From positions 224,001 through 288,000 of the forward strand of contig CAVUVW010000015.1 in NCBI GenBank assembly GCA_963745035.1: DNA of 64,000 nucleotides. The letters run 5' to 3'. This document shows, in pieces, positions 8,921 to 24,145 of the stretch (positions are counted from its first letter, which is position 1; the number at the start of each line of letters is the position of its first letter). The translations under genes were made by a program, and so were the position numbers. The notes beneath the pieces were generated by a model. The model made no database searches, had not been told where the DNA came from, and was given only the letters and a program-made list of their open reading frames with translations. Source of the stretch: an uncultured delta proteobacterium (GTDB lineage Bacteria > Desulfobacterota > Binatia > UBA9968).

Positions 8921-9850
8921 GTGTCGATCCGCATCGCCCTTGCCCAGATCAATCCCCGGCTTGGCAACCTCGCGGCCAACCTGGCGCTCTATGAAGAGGC
9001 GGTTCGCCGGGGCGTCGGCGAGCGCGCCGATCTGCTGGTTTTTCCCGAGCTCAGTCTCACCGGCTATTTGCTGCGCGACACAGTGCCGAGCGTCGCGCTG
9101 AGCGCCAAGTCCACGGAGATGAAAACCCTCGGACAGCTCAGCCGCGAGCTGCCGTTCGTCGCGGGCTTGGTCGAGGAGAGCGCGGATCATCGGTTTTTCA
9201 ATTCGGCGATCTATTTCGAAGACGGCGAAATTCGCCACGTGCATCGCAAAGTCTATCTGCCGACCTACGGCATGTTCGACGAGCAGCGCTATTTCGCGCG
9301 CGGCGACCGGGTGCGCGCCTTCGAGTCCAAGTTCGGCCGCTTAACCTTGTTGATCTGCGAGGACCTGTGGCATCCCTCGACCATCTACTTGGCGGCGCTC
9401 GACGGCGCGTTGGCGGTGCTGTGTCCTTCGGCGAGCCCGCTTCGCGGCATCGTCGAGGGACAAGCTCAAGACGACAACGCGCGCTACTGGGAAATGCTCA
9501 ATCGAACCTACGCCGAGACCTACAGCCTGTTCATGATCTACGGCAACCGCTGCGGCTTCGAGGACGGCGTCGGCTTTTGGGGTGGCTCCGAGGTCATCGA
9601 TCCCTTCGGCCAGCGACTCGCCAAAGCGAAATATTACGAGGAAGATTTTCTCGTCGCCGAAATCTCGCTCGAGTCCGTTCGGCGCAAACGCACCATGTCG
9701 CCGCTGCTGCGCGACGAGGATATCGATCTTACGATCAACGAGCTGATGCGCATCCGCGAGCGGCCCGCGGCCCTGAAAATCGTCCAGGGATTTAAAGGCG
9801 GCAAGGTGCGCGTGCTAAAGAAACCCAAGATCAAGCCGCGCCGGCCCTAA
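8921..9850 (+). CDS. Nitrilase-family C-N hydrolase; probable stand-alone glutaminase subunit of NAD synthetase
   Basis: E-K-C triad ([34 protein letters not shown]); lies 10 nt upstream of nadE. Confidence 0.88.
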   Translation: MSIRIALAQINPRLGNLAANLALYEEAVRRGVGERADLLVFPELSLTGYLLRDTVPSVALSAKSTEMKTLGQLSRELPFVAGLVEESADHRFFNSAIYFEDGEIRHVHRKVYLPTYGMFDEQRYFARGDRVRAFESKFGRLTLLICEDLWHPSTIYLAALDGALAVLCPSASPLRGIVEGQAQDDNARYWEMLNRTYAETYSLFMIYGNRCGFEDGVGFWGGSEVIDPFGQRLAKAKYYEEDFLVAEISLESVRRKRTMSPLLRDEDIDLTINELMRIRERPAALKIVQGFKGGKVRVLKKPKIKPRRP

Positions 9851-9860
9851 GCCGGGGATC

Positions 9861-10682
9861 ATGATTGCCATTCCCACCAATCCGGCTCTGCTGCGCGCGA
9901 TTCTCGGCGGCTTTATCCACAACGAAGTGCACAAGACCGGCTTGGCGCGGGTCGTCGTCGGACTGTCGGGCGGCGTGGATTCCGCGCTGAGCGCCCTACT
10001 CGCCGCCGAAGCGCTCGGCGCGGGCAATGTGCTGGCGGTTTTGATGCCCTACAAAAGCTCCCATTCGGACAGCCGCGCGCACGCCGAAATGATCGTGCAA
10101 AAAAGCGGCATCGAGTCGATCTTCGTCGACATCACGCCGCAGATCGACGCTTACTTCGAGCGCTTCCCCGACGCCGACGCGCGCCGGCGCGGCAACAAGA
10201 TGGCGCGCGAGCGCATGACCATCCTCTACGACCATTCGGCGCGCTGGAACGGCCTGGTGCTCGGCACCAGCAACAAGACCGAGCTCTTGCTCGGCTACGG
10301 CACCTTGCACGGCGACATGGCCTCAGCGATCAATCCGCTCGGTGATCTTTATAAAACTCAGGTCTGGGCCTTGGCCGAAGCGCTGGAGATTCCCGATGTG
10401 ATCGTGCGCAAAGAACCCTCGGCGGATCTCTGGGTCGGGCAGACCGACGAAGGAGAATTGGGTTTCAGCTATCGCGAAGTCGATCAACTACTGTATTTAA
10501 TGGTCGATCAACGCTACACCAGACCGGAGCTCATCGCCGCCGGTTTTGCCGAGCGCTTCGTCGATGACGTCGCCCAGCGCATCATGTTTTCGCAATTCAA
10601 GCGCCGCCTGCCGGTGATCGCCAAAGTCTCGCAGCGCACCATTGATCGCGATTTTCGCTATTCGCGGGATTGGGGGAAATAG
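9861..10682 (+). CDS. nadE: NAD+ synthetase
   Basis: [41 protein letters not shown] and PSADLW motifs. Confidence 0.95.
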   Translation: MIAIPTNPALLRAILGGFIHNEVHKTGLARVVVGLSGGVDSALSALLAAEALGAGNVLAVLMPYKSSHSDSRAHAEMIVQKSGIESIFVDITPQIDAYFERFPDADARRRGNKMARERMTILYDHSARWNGLVLGTSNKTELLLGYGTLHGDMASAINPLGDLYKTQVWALAEALEIPDVIVRKEPSADLWVGQTDEGELGFSYREVDQLLYLMVDQRYTRPELIAAGFAERFVDDVAQRIMFSQFKRRLPVIAKVSQRTIDRDFRYSRDWGK

Positions 10683-10688
10683 GAGGGA

Positions 10689-10766
10689 AGTGAGGAGTGA
10701 AGAGTGAGGCGTGAGACGATAGACTGTCTTATGCAATGCTCACTACTCACTGCCTCACTCCTCACT
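10689..10766. repeat. Inverted tandem heptamer array, (AGTGAGG)x4 ... (CCTCACT)x4
   Basis: AGTGAGG AGTGAAG AGTGAGG CGTGAGA, a spacer, then GCTCACT ACTCACT GCCTCACT CCTCACT. Confidence 0.85.
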
Positions 10767-10780
10767 TGTGGGGGTCGGTG

Positions 10781-11624
10781 ATGGCCGGTGTCCTTTACGT
10801 CGTCGCCACGCCCATCGGCAATCTCGAAGACATCAGCCTGCGCGCGCTCCGCGTCCTCAAGGAAGTTGATCTGATCGCCGCCGAAGACACCCGCCATACG
10901 CGCATTCTTCTCGACCACTACAATATCGGCACGCCGCTCGTGAGCTACCACCAGCACAACGAGAAGGCTCAGGCGCCGCGCTTGGTCGAGCGGCTGCGAG
11001 CACGGCGAGAACATGGCGCTGGTCTCGGACGCCGGCACGCCGGCGATCTCGGACCCCGGGTATCGGCTGGTGGTCGAGGCGCTCCGCGCCGGGATTCGGG
11101 TGACGCCGATTCCCGGAGCTTCGGCGCTGGCGTCAGCCTTGAGCGCCGGCGGTTTACCGACGGATCGTTTTGTCTTTGAGGGGTTCTTGCCGTCCAAAAA
11201 AGGCGAGCGCGAAAGCCGGCTGGAGGCGCTGCGCGGCGAAAACCGGACGGTGGTTTTCTACGAGGCGCCGCATCGTTTGAAGGACTCCCTCGCCGCCCTG
11301 CGACGCGTTCTCGGCAACCGCGACATCGTCATCGGCCGCGAGTTGAGCAAGGTTCACGAGGAATTCCTGCGCGGCACGATCGACGAGATCCTTGCCGGGC
11401 TCGCCGAACGAGAGCTGAAAGGCGAGCTCACGATCGTGGTGCGCGGCGCGCAAGATACGGAACAAATTTCCCAGGACGAATTGGCGGCGGAAATTCGCCG
11501 ACTGATCGGCGCAGGCGTCGGCGTGAAGCAGATTTCCGAAATCTTGGGCGAGCGCTACCGCCTGGCCAAGCGCGACGTGTATCGATTGGCCTTGCGGCTC
11601 AAGGATGCGCCGGCAAAGTCATGA
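10781..11624 (+). CDS. rsmI: 16S rRNA C1402 2'-O-methyltransferase (+1 frameshift near 10995)
   Basis: [15 protein letters not shown] and AAEDTRHT in one frame; [28 protein letters not shown] and RELSKVHEE in the next. Confidence 0.93.
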
Positions 11625-11638
11625 CCCATATGCCGATT

Positions 11639-11659
11639 GCCCTGAGCAACGTCGAAGGG
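11639..11659. repeat. REP-like remnant GCCCTGAGCAACGTCGAAGGG
   Basis: Reverse complement of the CCTTCG...CTCAGG class also seen at about 47708-47727; lies between convergent genes. Confidence 0.5.
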
Positions 11660-11723
11660 GCGCTCAATCGCCTCGCCTCCGGATCTTTTTGAGCAGCCTG
11701 CAAGAGGCTTTTCCAGCCGCCTG

Positions 11724-12017
11724 CTAGCGCCTGACGACGAAGCCGGAAAGACCACCCGCCGCGGCTTGCCAATTTACCTCGACGTTATCGACGCGCGCGC
11801 CCGGCGGTCCGTGACGGCACCAGGCGAGCAACGATTCGATGGCTGGCCGAGCTCCTTCGGCGATGGCCTCGACCGAACCGTCCGCGCAGTTTCTCACCCA
11901 GCCGGTCAGGCCGGTTTTGCGCGCTTCCTGGACCATCGAAGCGCGATAGTAAACGCCCTGCACCCGGCCGCGAATTTTGATGTGCGCTCTTTGTTGGCCG
12001 GAGTCGTCGATCGTCAT
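11724..12017 (-). CDS. acyP: Acylphosphatase
   Basis: GRVQGVYYR, GWVRN..DGSVE and GPPGARV motifs. Confidence 0.93.
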   Translation of the reverse strand: MTIDDSGQQRAHIKIRGRVQGVYYRASMVQEARKTGLTGWVRNCADGSVEAIAEGARPAIESLLAWCRHGPPGARVDNVEVNWQAAAGGLSGFVVRR

Positions 12018-12091
12018 GCTGGAATTTTTTTAGCTCAGGCGGGGGCGGGGCGGCAAGCGCTTCGACTCTTTTCCGTGCCGCTCGCAAAGAT

Positions 12092-12121
12092 TTGACAAGC
12101 GCGCTTTGACTTTTGTAGGCT
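12092..12121 (+). promoter_or_regulatory. Sigma70-like promoter for the RRM gene
   Basis: TTGACA-N18-TAGGCT. Confidence 0.5.
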
Positions 12122-12245
12122 GGCGCCGTTTTGCAGAGGTTCGGTTAGCGAAGAGCGCGCCGAGCGAGCGATGACCCGTTCAAGGCCCTGCCCTTTGGCT
12201 AAGTCGATCCGTGAGGGAGCGTTTCATCCAACAAGGAGGGCCGAG

Positions 12246-12563
12246 ATGGCAGCAAAACTATACGTTGGCAATCTTTCTTATAATATCACCGAGGAAAGAC
12301 TCCACGAGCACTTCGCGCAGCATGGCACGGTCATCAGCGCGCGCATCATCAGCGACAAATTCACCGGCAAGTCCAAGGGCTTCGGCTTTGTGGAAATGAG
12401 CTCCGATCAGGAAGCCGAAAAAGCGATCAGCGCGCTCAACGGCACCGACTTCGAAGGGCGCAACATCGTCGTCAGCGAAGCGCGCCCCCAGCCGCCGCGC
12501 GCGCCACGCCCGGGCGGCAGCGGCGGTTTCGGTGGCCACGGCGGCGGACGCGACCGTTACTAG
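12246..12563 (+). CDS. RRM (RNP-1) RNA-binding protein with Gly-rich tail
   Basis: RNP2 KLYVGNL and RNP1 KGFGFVEM; AAGGAGG RBS. Confidence 0.95.
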   Translation: MAAKLYVGNLSYNITEERLHEHFAQHGTVISARIISDKFTGKSKGFGFVEMSSDQEAEKAISALNGTDFEGRNIVVSEARPQPPRAPRPGGSGGFGGHGGGRDRY

Positions 12564-12741
12564 CCTTCCGACTTGGCTCCCCACCCGGCCAAAGCCGGCC
12601 TCATCCCCAATCCGCAGTAGAGAGTATTCCGGCAGGCGCAATCCCAGCGGTCGTGACGACCGAGCGCTTTCCCGCATAATGATCTGCAGAATTCCAATGT
12701 CATTCGATCATCCCCGCAGTTGCTGCGACTGGTGGAATTTC

Positions 12742-12830
12742 GTCATTCCCCCTGCTTTACGCCGTGGTTCGACGCAACTCACCACAGGCGGGATCCGGAG
12801 CCGGACCCGATAAAAGCATTCGGGCCGACG
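12742..12830. repeat. Degenerate composite REP-like element (GTCATTCCC class with nested GTGGTTCGAC...CTCACCAC)
   Basis: Nested imperfect palindromes between the convergent RRM gene and ligA. Confidence 0.55.
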
Positions 12831-12890
12831 AGATCGGGGCCCTGGGTAGTTCATTCGTATGCGAAAAACGATAACCGCGAGCCGCTTGCC

Positions 12891-16624
<3,734 letters not shown>

Positions 16625-17000
16625 TGTGCCTCCTTGTTCTCTGATCTGCTAAATTCGTTACTCAGTTATACCAACGGGGCAAATTGCGCCCTTGATTTGT
16701 GCTAGGTTGTACTTGAATGGGCCGCTTTCCAGCAATACGCGAGTAGTAGGATTTTCGCGGCATTGCTTTATACCTTAACGATTTTTCTACGACTTCCGTC
16801 TTATCGATGTGGAAATATTCGCAGAATTTGGCCGTCTTTGGAGCGCAACGGCCTTACCGGTCGCTGAACGCAGGGAACAATCAACGTCTTATACTGCCGG
16901 CTGATTTTTGCTATTTAGGGAGATCATGAGCGGGTCAAACAAGTTTTTCTTTGCTTGCCAGGCTGCAAACAAAAACCCGCAGAGCGGGTCGCAAGATCGC

Positions 17001-17447
17001 ATGATTCGCGCACTCGTTGCGAGCGTCTGCTTGCTGGCGCTATGCTCATCGTGCGCGCCCCGTATCGTCGATGTAAGTCCGAGAGAAGGAAGGCCCGCGA
17101 CCACCGTAAACGTCGCGATCGAGTACCTGGTCGGTTGGCCGCGGGTCGAGATCGGCAAGACGATCATGGACTGGCCGCAGCTTAAACTCATCGCCGCAGA
17201 GCCAGCGCGCAAGGATGTACCGGGCGAAGAGCTCGTGTGGATCGAGGATAAAATTCTGCAATTCACGATTCCCGATCTGCCGCCCGGCGATTACGACGTG
17301 ACTATTTATGACGACAAAGGTCCTCCCGGCGACTTGACCTATTCATTTCTCGAAACAACGGCCTACGTCGTATTCCCTCCCGTCTGGCCGTTCGTGTTTC
17401 GCTCCAATCAGACTCAGTTCAAGCTGCGAGTGCTGCCGCGCGATTGA
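17001..17447 (+). CDS. Hypothetical lipoprotein with an Ig/IPT-like beta domain
   Basis: Signal with lipobox-like LCSSC; PRIVDVSPREG...FTIPDLPPGDYDVTI. Confidence 0.6.
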   Translation: MIRALVASVCLLALCSSCAPRIVDVSPREGRPATTVNVAIEYLVGWPRVEIGKTIMDWPQLKLIAAEPARKDVPGEELVWIEDKILQFTIPDLPPGDYDVTIYDDKGPPGDLTYSFLETTAYVVFPPVWPFVFRSNQTQFKLRVLPRD

Positions 17448-17634
17448 TGCGCAGGGGCGAGCAACTGCGAACAGACGTCGAAGTCACGCCGACCCCGTTT
17501 CGAATAATGCGCCGGTCAACCGATTGCGCCTTTGTCCGCGCGCTGTATCATGAAGAACGCGGCGTGCGCGGTCGCGAAACAGCGCACTGAACGGGCGAGT
17601 TATGCATTTGCCGGTATTTTTAGGATGCGAAAAC

Positions 17635-17664
17635 TTGACTCCGGGCGGGTTTCGCATATATCAT
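17635..17664 (+). promoter_or_regulatory. Sigma70-like promoter for bamD
   Basis: TTGACT-N18-TATCAT. Confidence 0.45.
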
Positions 17665-17683
17665 CAAGACATTAAAGACTAGG

Positions 17684-19538
17684 ATGTTACCTATGCGAAT
17701 GATATCCGCTTTTACACGGCTCTTACTGCTGGCGGCGCTGGCCGGCTGTTCCTCGCTGTCGCTGTGGTCATCCGGCGCCAAATCCGACCCGACTGCGGAA
17801 GCTCTTTTCGACGAAGGGAACCGCAACTTCAACGACAAGCGCTACGTTCGCGCCATCGACAACTACACCAAGATTCGCACCGATCACCCGTTCAGCCCGC
17901 TGATGACGCAGGTGGAGCTGAAGCTCGCCGACTCCTACTATCGCAACCAGCAATACCCGGAAGCGATCAACGCCTTCAAAGAATTTCAGTCCATGCACCC
18001 GACGAATGAGCATATTCCATTCGTGACCTTGCGCCTCGGGCAGGCGCACTTTGACCAGTTTACCAGCACCGACCGCGACCAAAAAAACACCGAAATCGCC
18101 AAGGGCTACTTTGAAACCGTCGTGAGCAAGTATCCGCAATCCCCCGAAGCGGCGGAAGCCAGAGCAAAGCTCGCCAAGTGTCTGGAGTACCTGGCCGAGC
18201 ACGAATTCAACGTGGCGCACTTCTATTTTCAGCAGGAAAAATTTCCCGCAGCGCGAGACCGCTTCGAGGAGATCGTGCGCAAGTACAAGGACACGCCGAC
18301 GGCGGTCAAAAGTCTTTTTTACCTCGGCGAGAGTTATCGAAGAGAAAAAAATTCAGCTGCGCGCCGCTCTCGCCTACGAAGCCGTGATGCAACATTATCC
18401 GCAGAGCAAATTCGCCGCGGACGCCAAGGTCCAGTTGGCCCAGCTTGAAAAGGAAAAACACGATCCGCTGGCATTGTTGCTCATGCGCGACCGCCGCCCA
18501 TCCGCTGCGCCGGAGGTCCAGCCGGACCCGTCATTGGCCAAGCTGCGCGACCTGAACCTGGTGGCGAAAACCGAGGTCGTGCATGAGAATCCCGGCGACG
18601 AAAAAGGCTTCCTGCGTCGCGTGGCGGACAAGCTGAATCCGTTCTCTTCTTCGGACAACGGCAAAAAAGAGGAACCCAAACCGGAGAGCGCCATCGACTT
18701 GCTGGCGAAGCGCAACGCGGCGCAGAAAAAGGAAGAGTCCAGCAAGAAAGACGACATGGCCGTCGCCGAAAAGGAAGCCAAAGCCAGCGGCTTTGTCGGT
18801 CAGATCGATGAATCGCTCAAACAAAAGGGTATCGACTCGGGAGCGCGCCAACAGGCGCTAAAGCCGCCGCCCGCCGATCTGCCGAAGACCGATGATTTGG
18901 CGGTCAAAGCGCCGCCGGCCACCGACACAACCGCCCTGTTGAGCTCCATCGACGGCAAGCTCAAGCAGAGCGGCAAGGATGGCACCGAGCTTCCGCCTGC
19001 CCCCGAAGCCGCTCAGGCGTTCAAAGACGTCGCCGCTACCCAGGCGGCGATCGCCAAGCAGACTCAAAGTCAAGTTTCTCAGGATGTTCAAAGCAGCGGC
19101 ATTTTGAGCAGTATCGACCAGAAGCTCAAAGCCAGTGGCGTCGAGCCCGGGAAGTTTGAGGCCCCGCCGACCGCAGAAGAAATCAAGACTGCGGCGACGA
19201 AGAAACCACAAGCGAGAAATGTCGAGCTCGAACCGAAAGTCACCCTCGAAAAAGGTCCGCTTTTCTTGAGCCCGAGCAGTCTTTCTGGGGAGACGCCCGC
19301 GCCAAGCGCAAATCCCGTCAAGCCCCAGAGCCAGGAGACTGTAGAAGAGACAGCGCCGCCCTCGCGGGTCCTGGTGAAGGGACCGATTCAGCCGCCTGAA
19401 CGCGCGAGCGCCGCCGCGCAAGCCGCGGAGACCAGAAAGTCGTCATCCACTCGCGAAGACGAGCCGAAAGGCGCCCTCGATCAAATTCGTCAAGACGTGG
19501 AAAACGTCGGCAAAGCTCTCAACCCGTTGCGCTGGTAA
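17684..19538 (+). CDS. bamD: Outer membrane protein assembly factor BamD with a long C-terminal extension (+1 frameshift near 18352)
   Basis: Lipobox LAGC and TPRs (TDRDQ, LAEHEFNVAHFY, AARDRF). Removing one base after REKN continues QLRAALAYEAVMQHYPQSKFA into ORF 18384-19538. Confidence 0.85.
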
Positions 19539-19668
19539 GCGAATGGCGCCGAGCAACTTTCACGCGCTCTGATCGCAGTTTGCGGGCTGCTCAAAAGCTC
19601 GATCCGTTCACGCGACGTGATTGAGCGCACCCGTCGACGTTGCTCAGAGTAATCGGCATATCGGTCTT

Positions 19669-20802
19669 TCAGTAGCCTGTTAGCGGTTCATCAAGCGACC
19701 GCGAGCCACGATTGGTCGCATCGGCGACGATCGAGTCCCCTTCCGAGAGCCCAAACAAAACCGCGATCTCACCGCCCTCTACCGGCCCGACGACAACCGC
19801 CTGCCGCACGGCGCGTCCCGCCTCGACTTTGTAGACGTAACTGGCATCATGCCGCGATATAACCGCGGCGCGAGGAATGAAGAGCGCATCTTTCGGGGTA
19901 CTGAGCTCGATCGTCGCCGCAACCATCATTCCAGCCCGCAATACTCGCTGACGGTTGTCTACCTGGATTTCTACTTCGGTCGGCTGGTTTGCGCCGCTTT
20001 CATCCGGCGCAACTCGGCTGATCTTCCCTGCGAAAATTTTATTTGGCAATGCCGCGGTCGAGACTCGTGCCTTGGCTCCGACGGACACGCCGAAAGCATC
20101 GGCGCCGCCGACCGCGGCGGCGATTTTGAGATTGTCCAAACCGGCGAGCGTGAGTATGGCGCCGCCCTCGCCAATCGCGGCGCCCGGCTCTACATTGCGT
20201 CTCGTCACCTGACCGCTGATCCGCGCCGTCAGGCGCGTCAAGCTCCGCAGCGCTTGAGCTTGCGCCAGCATCGCCTGCCGCTGCGCCAGATGCGCGCGCG
20301 CCAGGTCGGCTTCGGCGCGTGCGGTTGCCATCGTCGCCTCGGCCTCTTCCACCTCGCGGCGGGCGATCAAGTCGCGGCGCGCCAGGTCGCGACCAGTAAC
20401 CAAGAGCTTTTCCGCTTCCGCCCATTCGCGCTCTCTCGCCCGCAGGTCGCTTTCTGCGGCGCGGACGCCAGCCTCATGGCGAACCAAACGCGCAGCCAAA
20501 TCGTCCGCTCGAATGGTCGCCACCACGGTCCCGGCGGGAACCCAATCGCCTACTTTGAACCGTATCTCGTTCACCTTTCCGGCGAGACGAGATATGACTT
20601 CGACTTGCTCGACGGGAAGCAATTCGCCGGTGAGCTTCAGCTCCCCGACCAGTGGCGCCCGACGCGCGTGCACGATGGGCGCGGAGATTGCTGAACGATC
20701 AAGAGACGGCGCGGATGGTTTCGAGGAATCTGCGTTTAAAAAATACGCGGCGGCCGGTAACCCGACCACGAGGACGCAAGCGAGCGAGAAAAGCTGCTTC
20801 AT
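19669..20802 (-). CDS. Efflux RND periplasmic adaptor (second MFP)
   Basis: Lipoyl halves (SRLAGKVNEIRFKVGDWV; ARISGQV), an alpha hairpin and GLSEGD. Confidence 0.85.
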   Translation of the reverse strand: MKQLFSLACVLVVGLPAAAYFLNADSSKPSAPSLDRSAISAPIVHARRAPLVGELKLTGELLPVEQVEVISRLAGKVNEIRFKVGDWVPAGTVVATIRADDLAARLVRHEAGVRAAESDLRAREREWAEAEKLLVTGRDLARRDLIARREVEEAEATMATARAEADLARAHLAQRQAMLAQAQALRSLTRLTARISGQVTRRNVEPGAAIGEGGAILTLAGLDNLKIAAAVGGADAFGVSVGAKARVSTAALPNKIFAGKISRVAPDESGANQPTEVEIQVDNRQRVLRAGMMVAATIELSTPKDALFIPRAAVISRHDASYVYKVEAGRAVRQAVVVGPVEGGEIAVLFGLSEGDSIVADATNRGSRSLDEPLTGY

Positions 20803-20961
20803 TGCCGCCGCTGCGATCGTAGGCCGGCGCTCTCTGCAGCCGCAGCACAGACAAAGCGGGAAGGACCCTCTGGCAAGAAAATGTGCTCCCCGCAGCGGCG
20901 AGCGGATAGGAACCAGCGCGCCCTCCCACGGAGATACCGAGCGCTGGCCCAGATGCCGTGA

Positions 20962-23900
20962 TCAGGGATTGTCAACGCCGAGCTTCGGCGCGATGGGCTC
21001 GGGCTTGGCTTCGCTGCCTCTGCGCGCGCCGCGCCATTTCGCCGGCAGCGCCACGAAAAACTCCTGGCACTTCTCCAGATAAAGATAGACGACCGGCGTA
21101 ATGTACAAGGTCAGTAGCTGCGAGATGATCAAGCCGCCGACGACCGCAATGCCGAGAGGCTGACGCGCTTCTGCTCCCGCGCCCCAACCGATCGCGATCG
21201 GCAGGGCGCCAAAGATCGCCGCCATCGTCGTCATCATGATCGGCCGGAAGCGCACCAGCGCGCCGTCATAGATCGCCTGCGCCGGGCTCTTGTTCTCATT
21301 GCGCTGCGCCTCGAGCGCGAAGTCGATCATCATAATGGCGTTCTTTTTGACGATGCCGATGAGCATGATCAAGCCGACGAATGCGTAAATGCTTAAGTCC
21401 ATGTTGAAGAAGTAAAGAGCGATAAGGGCGCCAAGCCCGGCCGACGGGAGACCGGAAAGAATGGTCAGCGGGTGAATGAAACTTTCATAGAGGATGCCCA
21501 GCACCAGATAGACGACGAAGACCGCGAGAGCCAGCAGCACCCAAAGACTGGTGATCGATTTCTGAAATTCTTGCGCCGTACCCTGAAAGTTTGTCGTGAT
21601 CGATGCGGGCAAGACTTCACGGGCGAGACTGTTGATCTGCGCGACGGCATCGCCAAGCGCCACCCCTTCGCGCAAATTGAAGGAGATCGTCGCCGACGGC
21701 AATTGCCCGGAGTGATTCACCGGACATGGGACCCACGGTATAGTTGAGCGTCGCCAACGATCCGAGCGGCACCATCGGCTGGGCGGTGCCGGCTTGGCCG
21801 GTGGTCGAACGAATATAGAGCATGGACAACGCCGACGGATCGTTCTGAAACTTGGGATCGATTTCGACGATCACCTGATATTGGTTGTTTGGCGTATTGA
21901 TGGTCGAAACCTGCCGGGTCGCGTAGGAGCTCCAAAACGCCTCCTCGAGCTGGCGCTGGGAGATCCCCTGCGCGGACACGCCCATCGTGGAAGCCCGGTC
22001 GCGATCCAAGACGACCTTGAGCTGTGGATTCTTCAACTGCAAGTCGCTTCCTACGTCGCGAAAATCCGCCAGCGCCCGAACGCGTTCTTCGAAAAGCGCC
22101 GCATAGCGATAGAGCTCCGGCGCGTCCGGGCTCTGCAAAGTGAATTGGTAGAGACTTCGGCTCAACCGGCCGCCGACGCGAATGACAGGGGGATTTTGCA
22201 AGGATACGCGGATGCCGGGAACTTGAGCCAGCTTGGGCCGCAACTCGCGAATGACTTCATCGGCGTTGAGCTTGCGCTCGGCGCGCGGCTTGAGCTTGAT
22301 AAAAATCCGCCCGGTGTTGTTCGTCAAACCGGCACCACCGACACCGACGCTGGAAAAGAACGATTCGACGTTGGGATCTTTCATGACGATCGCAGCGAGC
22401 TGCTGCTGGTTCTTGACCATTTGCTCAATCGCGACTCCCTGCGCCCCTTCGGTGTTGATCAATACCTGGCCCGTGTCTTCACTCGGGATAAAACCTTTCG
22501 GCACCAAGCCGAACATGTAAACCGTCGCGATCAATATGACGACGGACGCGACCATAGTCGTGACATGGTGACGCATGACCCAGGCTAGGGTGACCTCATA
22601 GGCCTTGTTCATCGCGTCGAGGCAGCGGCCGAGGAAATTGTAGAACCAGCCGTGTTTCTGATCGTGCGGCGGCCGCAGATATCGGCTGCAGAGCATCGGC
22701 GTCAGGCTCAATGAAATAAAGCCGGAGACCAGAATCGCCACGCAAATCGTCACGGCGAACTCGCGCAAGAGCCGGCCGAGCATGCCGCTCATGAACAAGA
22801 CCGGTATGAACGCCGCTACCAGCGAGATCGTCATCGACATGATGGTAAAACCGATCTCCTGGGCGCCCTTCACCGCGGCTTCGTAGGGCTTTTCGCCGTG
22901 CTCCATGTGGCGCACGATATTTTCCAGAACGACGATAGCGTCGTCGACGACGAAGCCTACCGCCAGAGTCAATGCCATCAAGGATAGATTATTTAGGCTG
23001 TACTCCAGCAGGTACATGACGGCAAAAGTGCCGACGATGGACATCGGCACCGCCAAGCTCGGAATGATCGTCGCGGAAACGTTCCGTAGAAATAAGAAGA
23101 TCACGAGAATGACGAGAAAAATCGTGCCGATCAAGGTTAGTTGAACGTCGTGAGCGGATTCCCGGATTGACTGGGTGCGATCGAAAAAGACCTCGAGCTT
23201 AATCGACTGCGGTATCTGCGTCCGCAAGCCCGGCAGCAACTCTTTGATGGCGTCCACAACTTCGACGATGTTTGCGCCCGGCTGGCGCTGTATACCCAGG
23301 ATAACGGCCCGTTTGTCCTTGAACCAGCTGGCCGCCCGATTGTTCTCGACGCTGTCGATAGCGCGGCCGACGTCCTGGACGCGCACCGGCGCGCCGTTGC
23401 GATAGGTAATTACCAGCGATTGAAACGCGTCGCCGGTGAGAAGCTGCCCGTCGGAAACCAAGGTGTATGCTCTCGCCGGCGCATCGAGGGTGCCGACCGG
23501 CAGATCCACGTTGCCCCGCTGGATCGCGACCACGACATCGTCGATTCCGATCTGCCGCACGGCCAGTTGATTGGGATCGAGCTGCACCCTGATGGCATAC
23601 TTTTGCGAACCGATGACATCGACCTGCGCAACTCCGTTGACCATCGATATGCGCTGCGCCAGGATGGTCTGAGCGAACTCATCCACGGTCGAAAGCGGCA
23701 ATGAATCCGAGGTCAGGGCCAGCAGTAAGATAGAGTTGTTGGCTGGATTCACTTTTCGATAGGACGGCGGAGTTGTCATGCTCGTCGGCAGGTCGCGCGC
23801 CGTTCGCGCGATCATCGACTGAACATCTTGAGCGGCGGCGTCGATATTGCGGCTAAGACTGAATTGCAGGGTGATTTGCGTGCGGCCCAGAGTGCTGGTC

Positions 23901-24145
23901 GAGCTCATCGAATCGAGGCCAGCAATGGTGGAGAAATTTTTCTCCAGCGGCGTGGCGACCGAGGAAGCCATCGTCTCGGCGCTCGCGCCGGCCAGATTCG
24001 CAGTAACGGTGATCGTTGGGAAGTCGACCGTCGGCAGGTCGCTAACCGGCAGCGATTTGTACCCGAGGATGCCGAAAATAACGATGCCGACCATAACGAG
24101 CGTGGTCGTTACCGGCCGCCGGATGAACAGCCCGGACATGTTCAT
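20962..24145 (-). CDS. RND efflux permease, MdtB/MdtC-like (+1 frameshift near 21721)
   Basis: FIRRPVTT, SSVATPLE, GFVVDDAIVVLENI, GIVKKNAIMMIDFA and RFRPIMMTT motifs. Confidence 0.93.

Noticed and set aside
10960-11030. Programmed ribosomal frameshifting in rsmI and the other split genes
   Set aside because: No common slippery sequence or stimulator; the uniform +1 pattern across unrelated genes fits sequencing error.
12564-12890. Possible tRNA or known ncRNA (including tRNA-Sec) in the larger intergenic gaps
   Set aside because: I recognised no cloverleaf or known ncRNA signature. The GGTTCGAC at about 12766 belongs to a REP-like palindrome. An Rfam/tRNAscan run would be needed to be sure.
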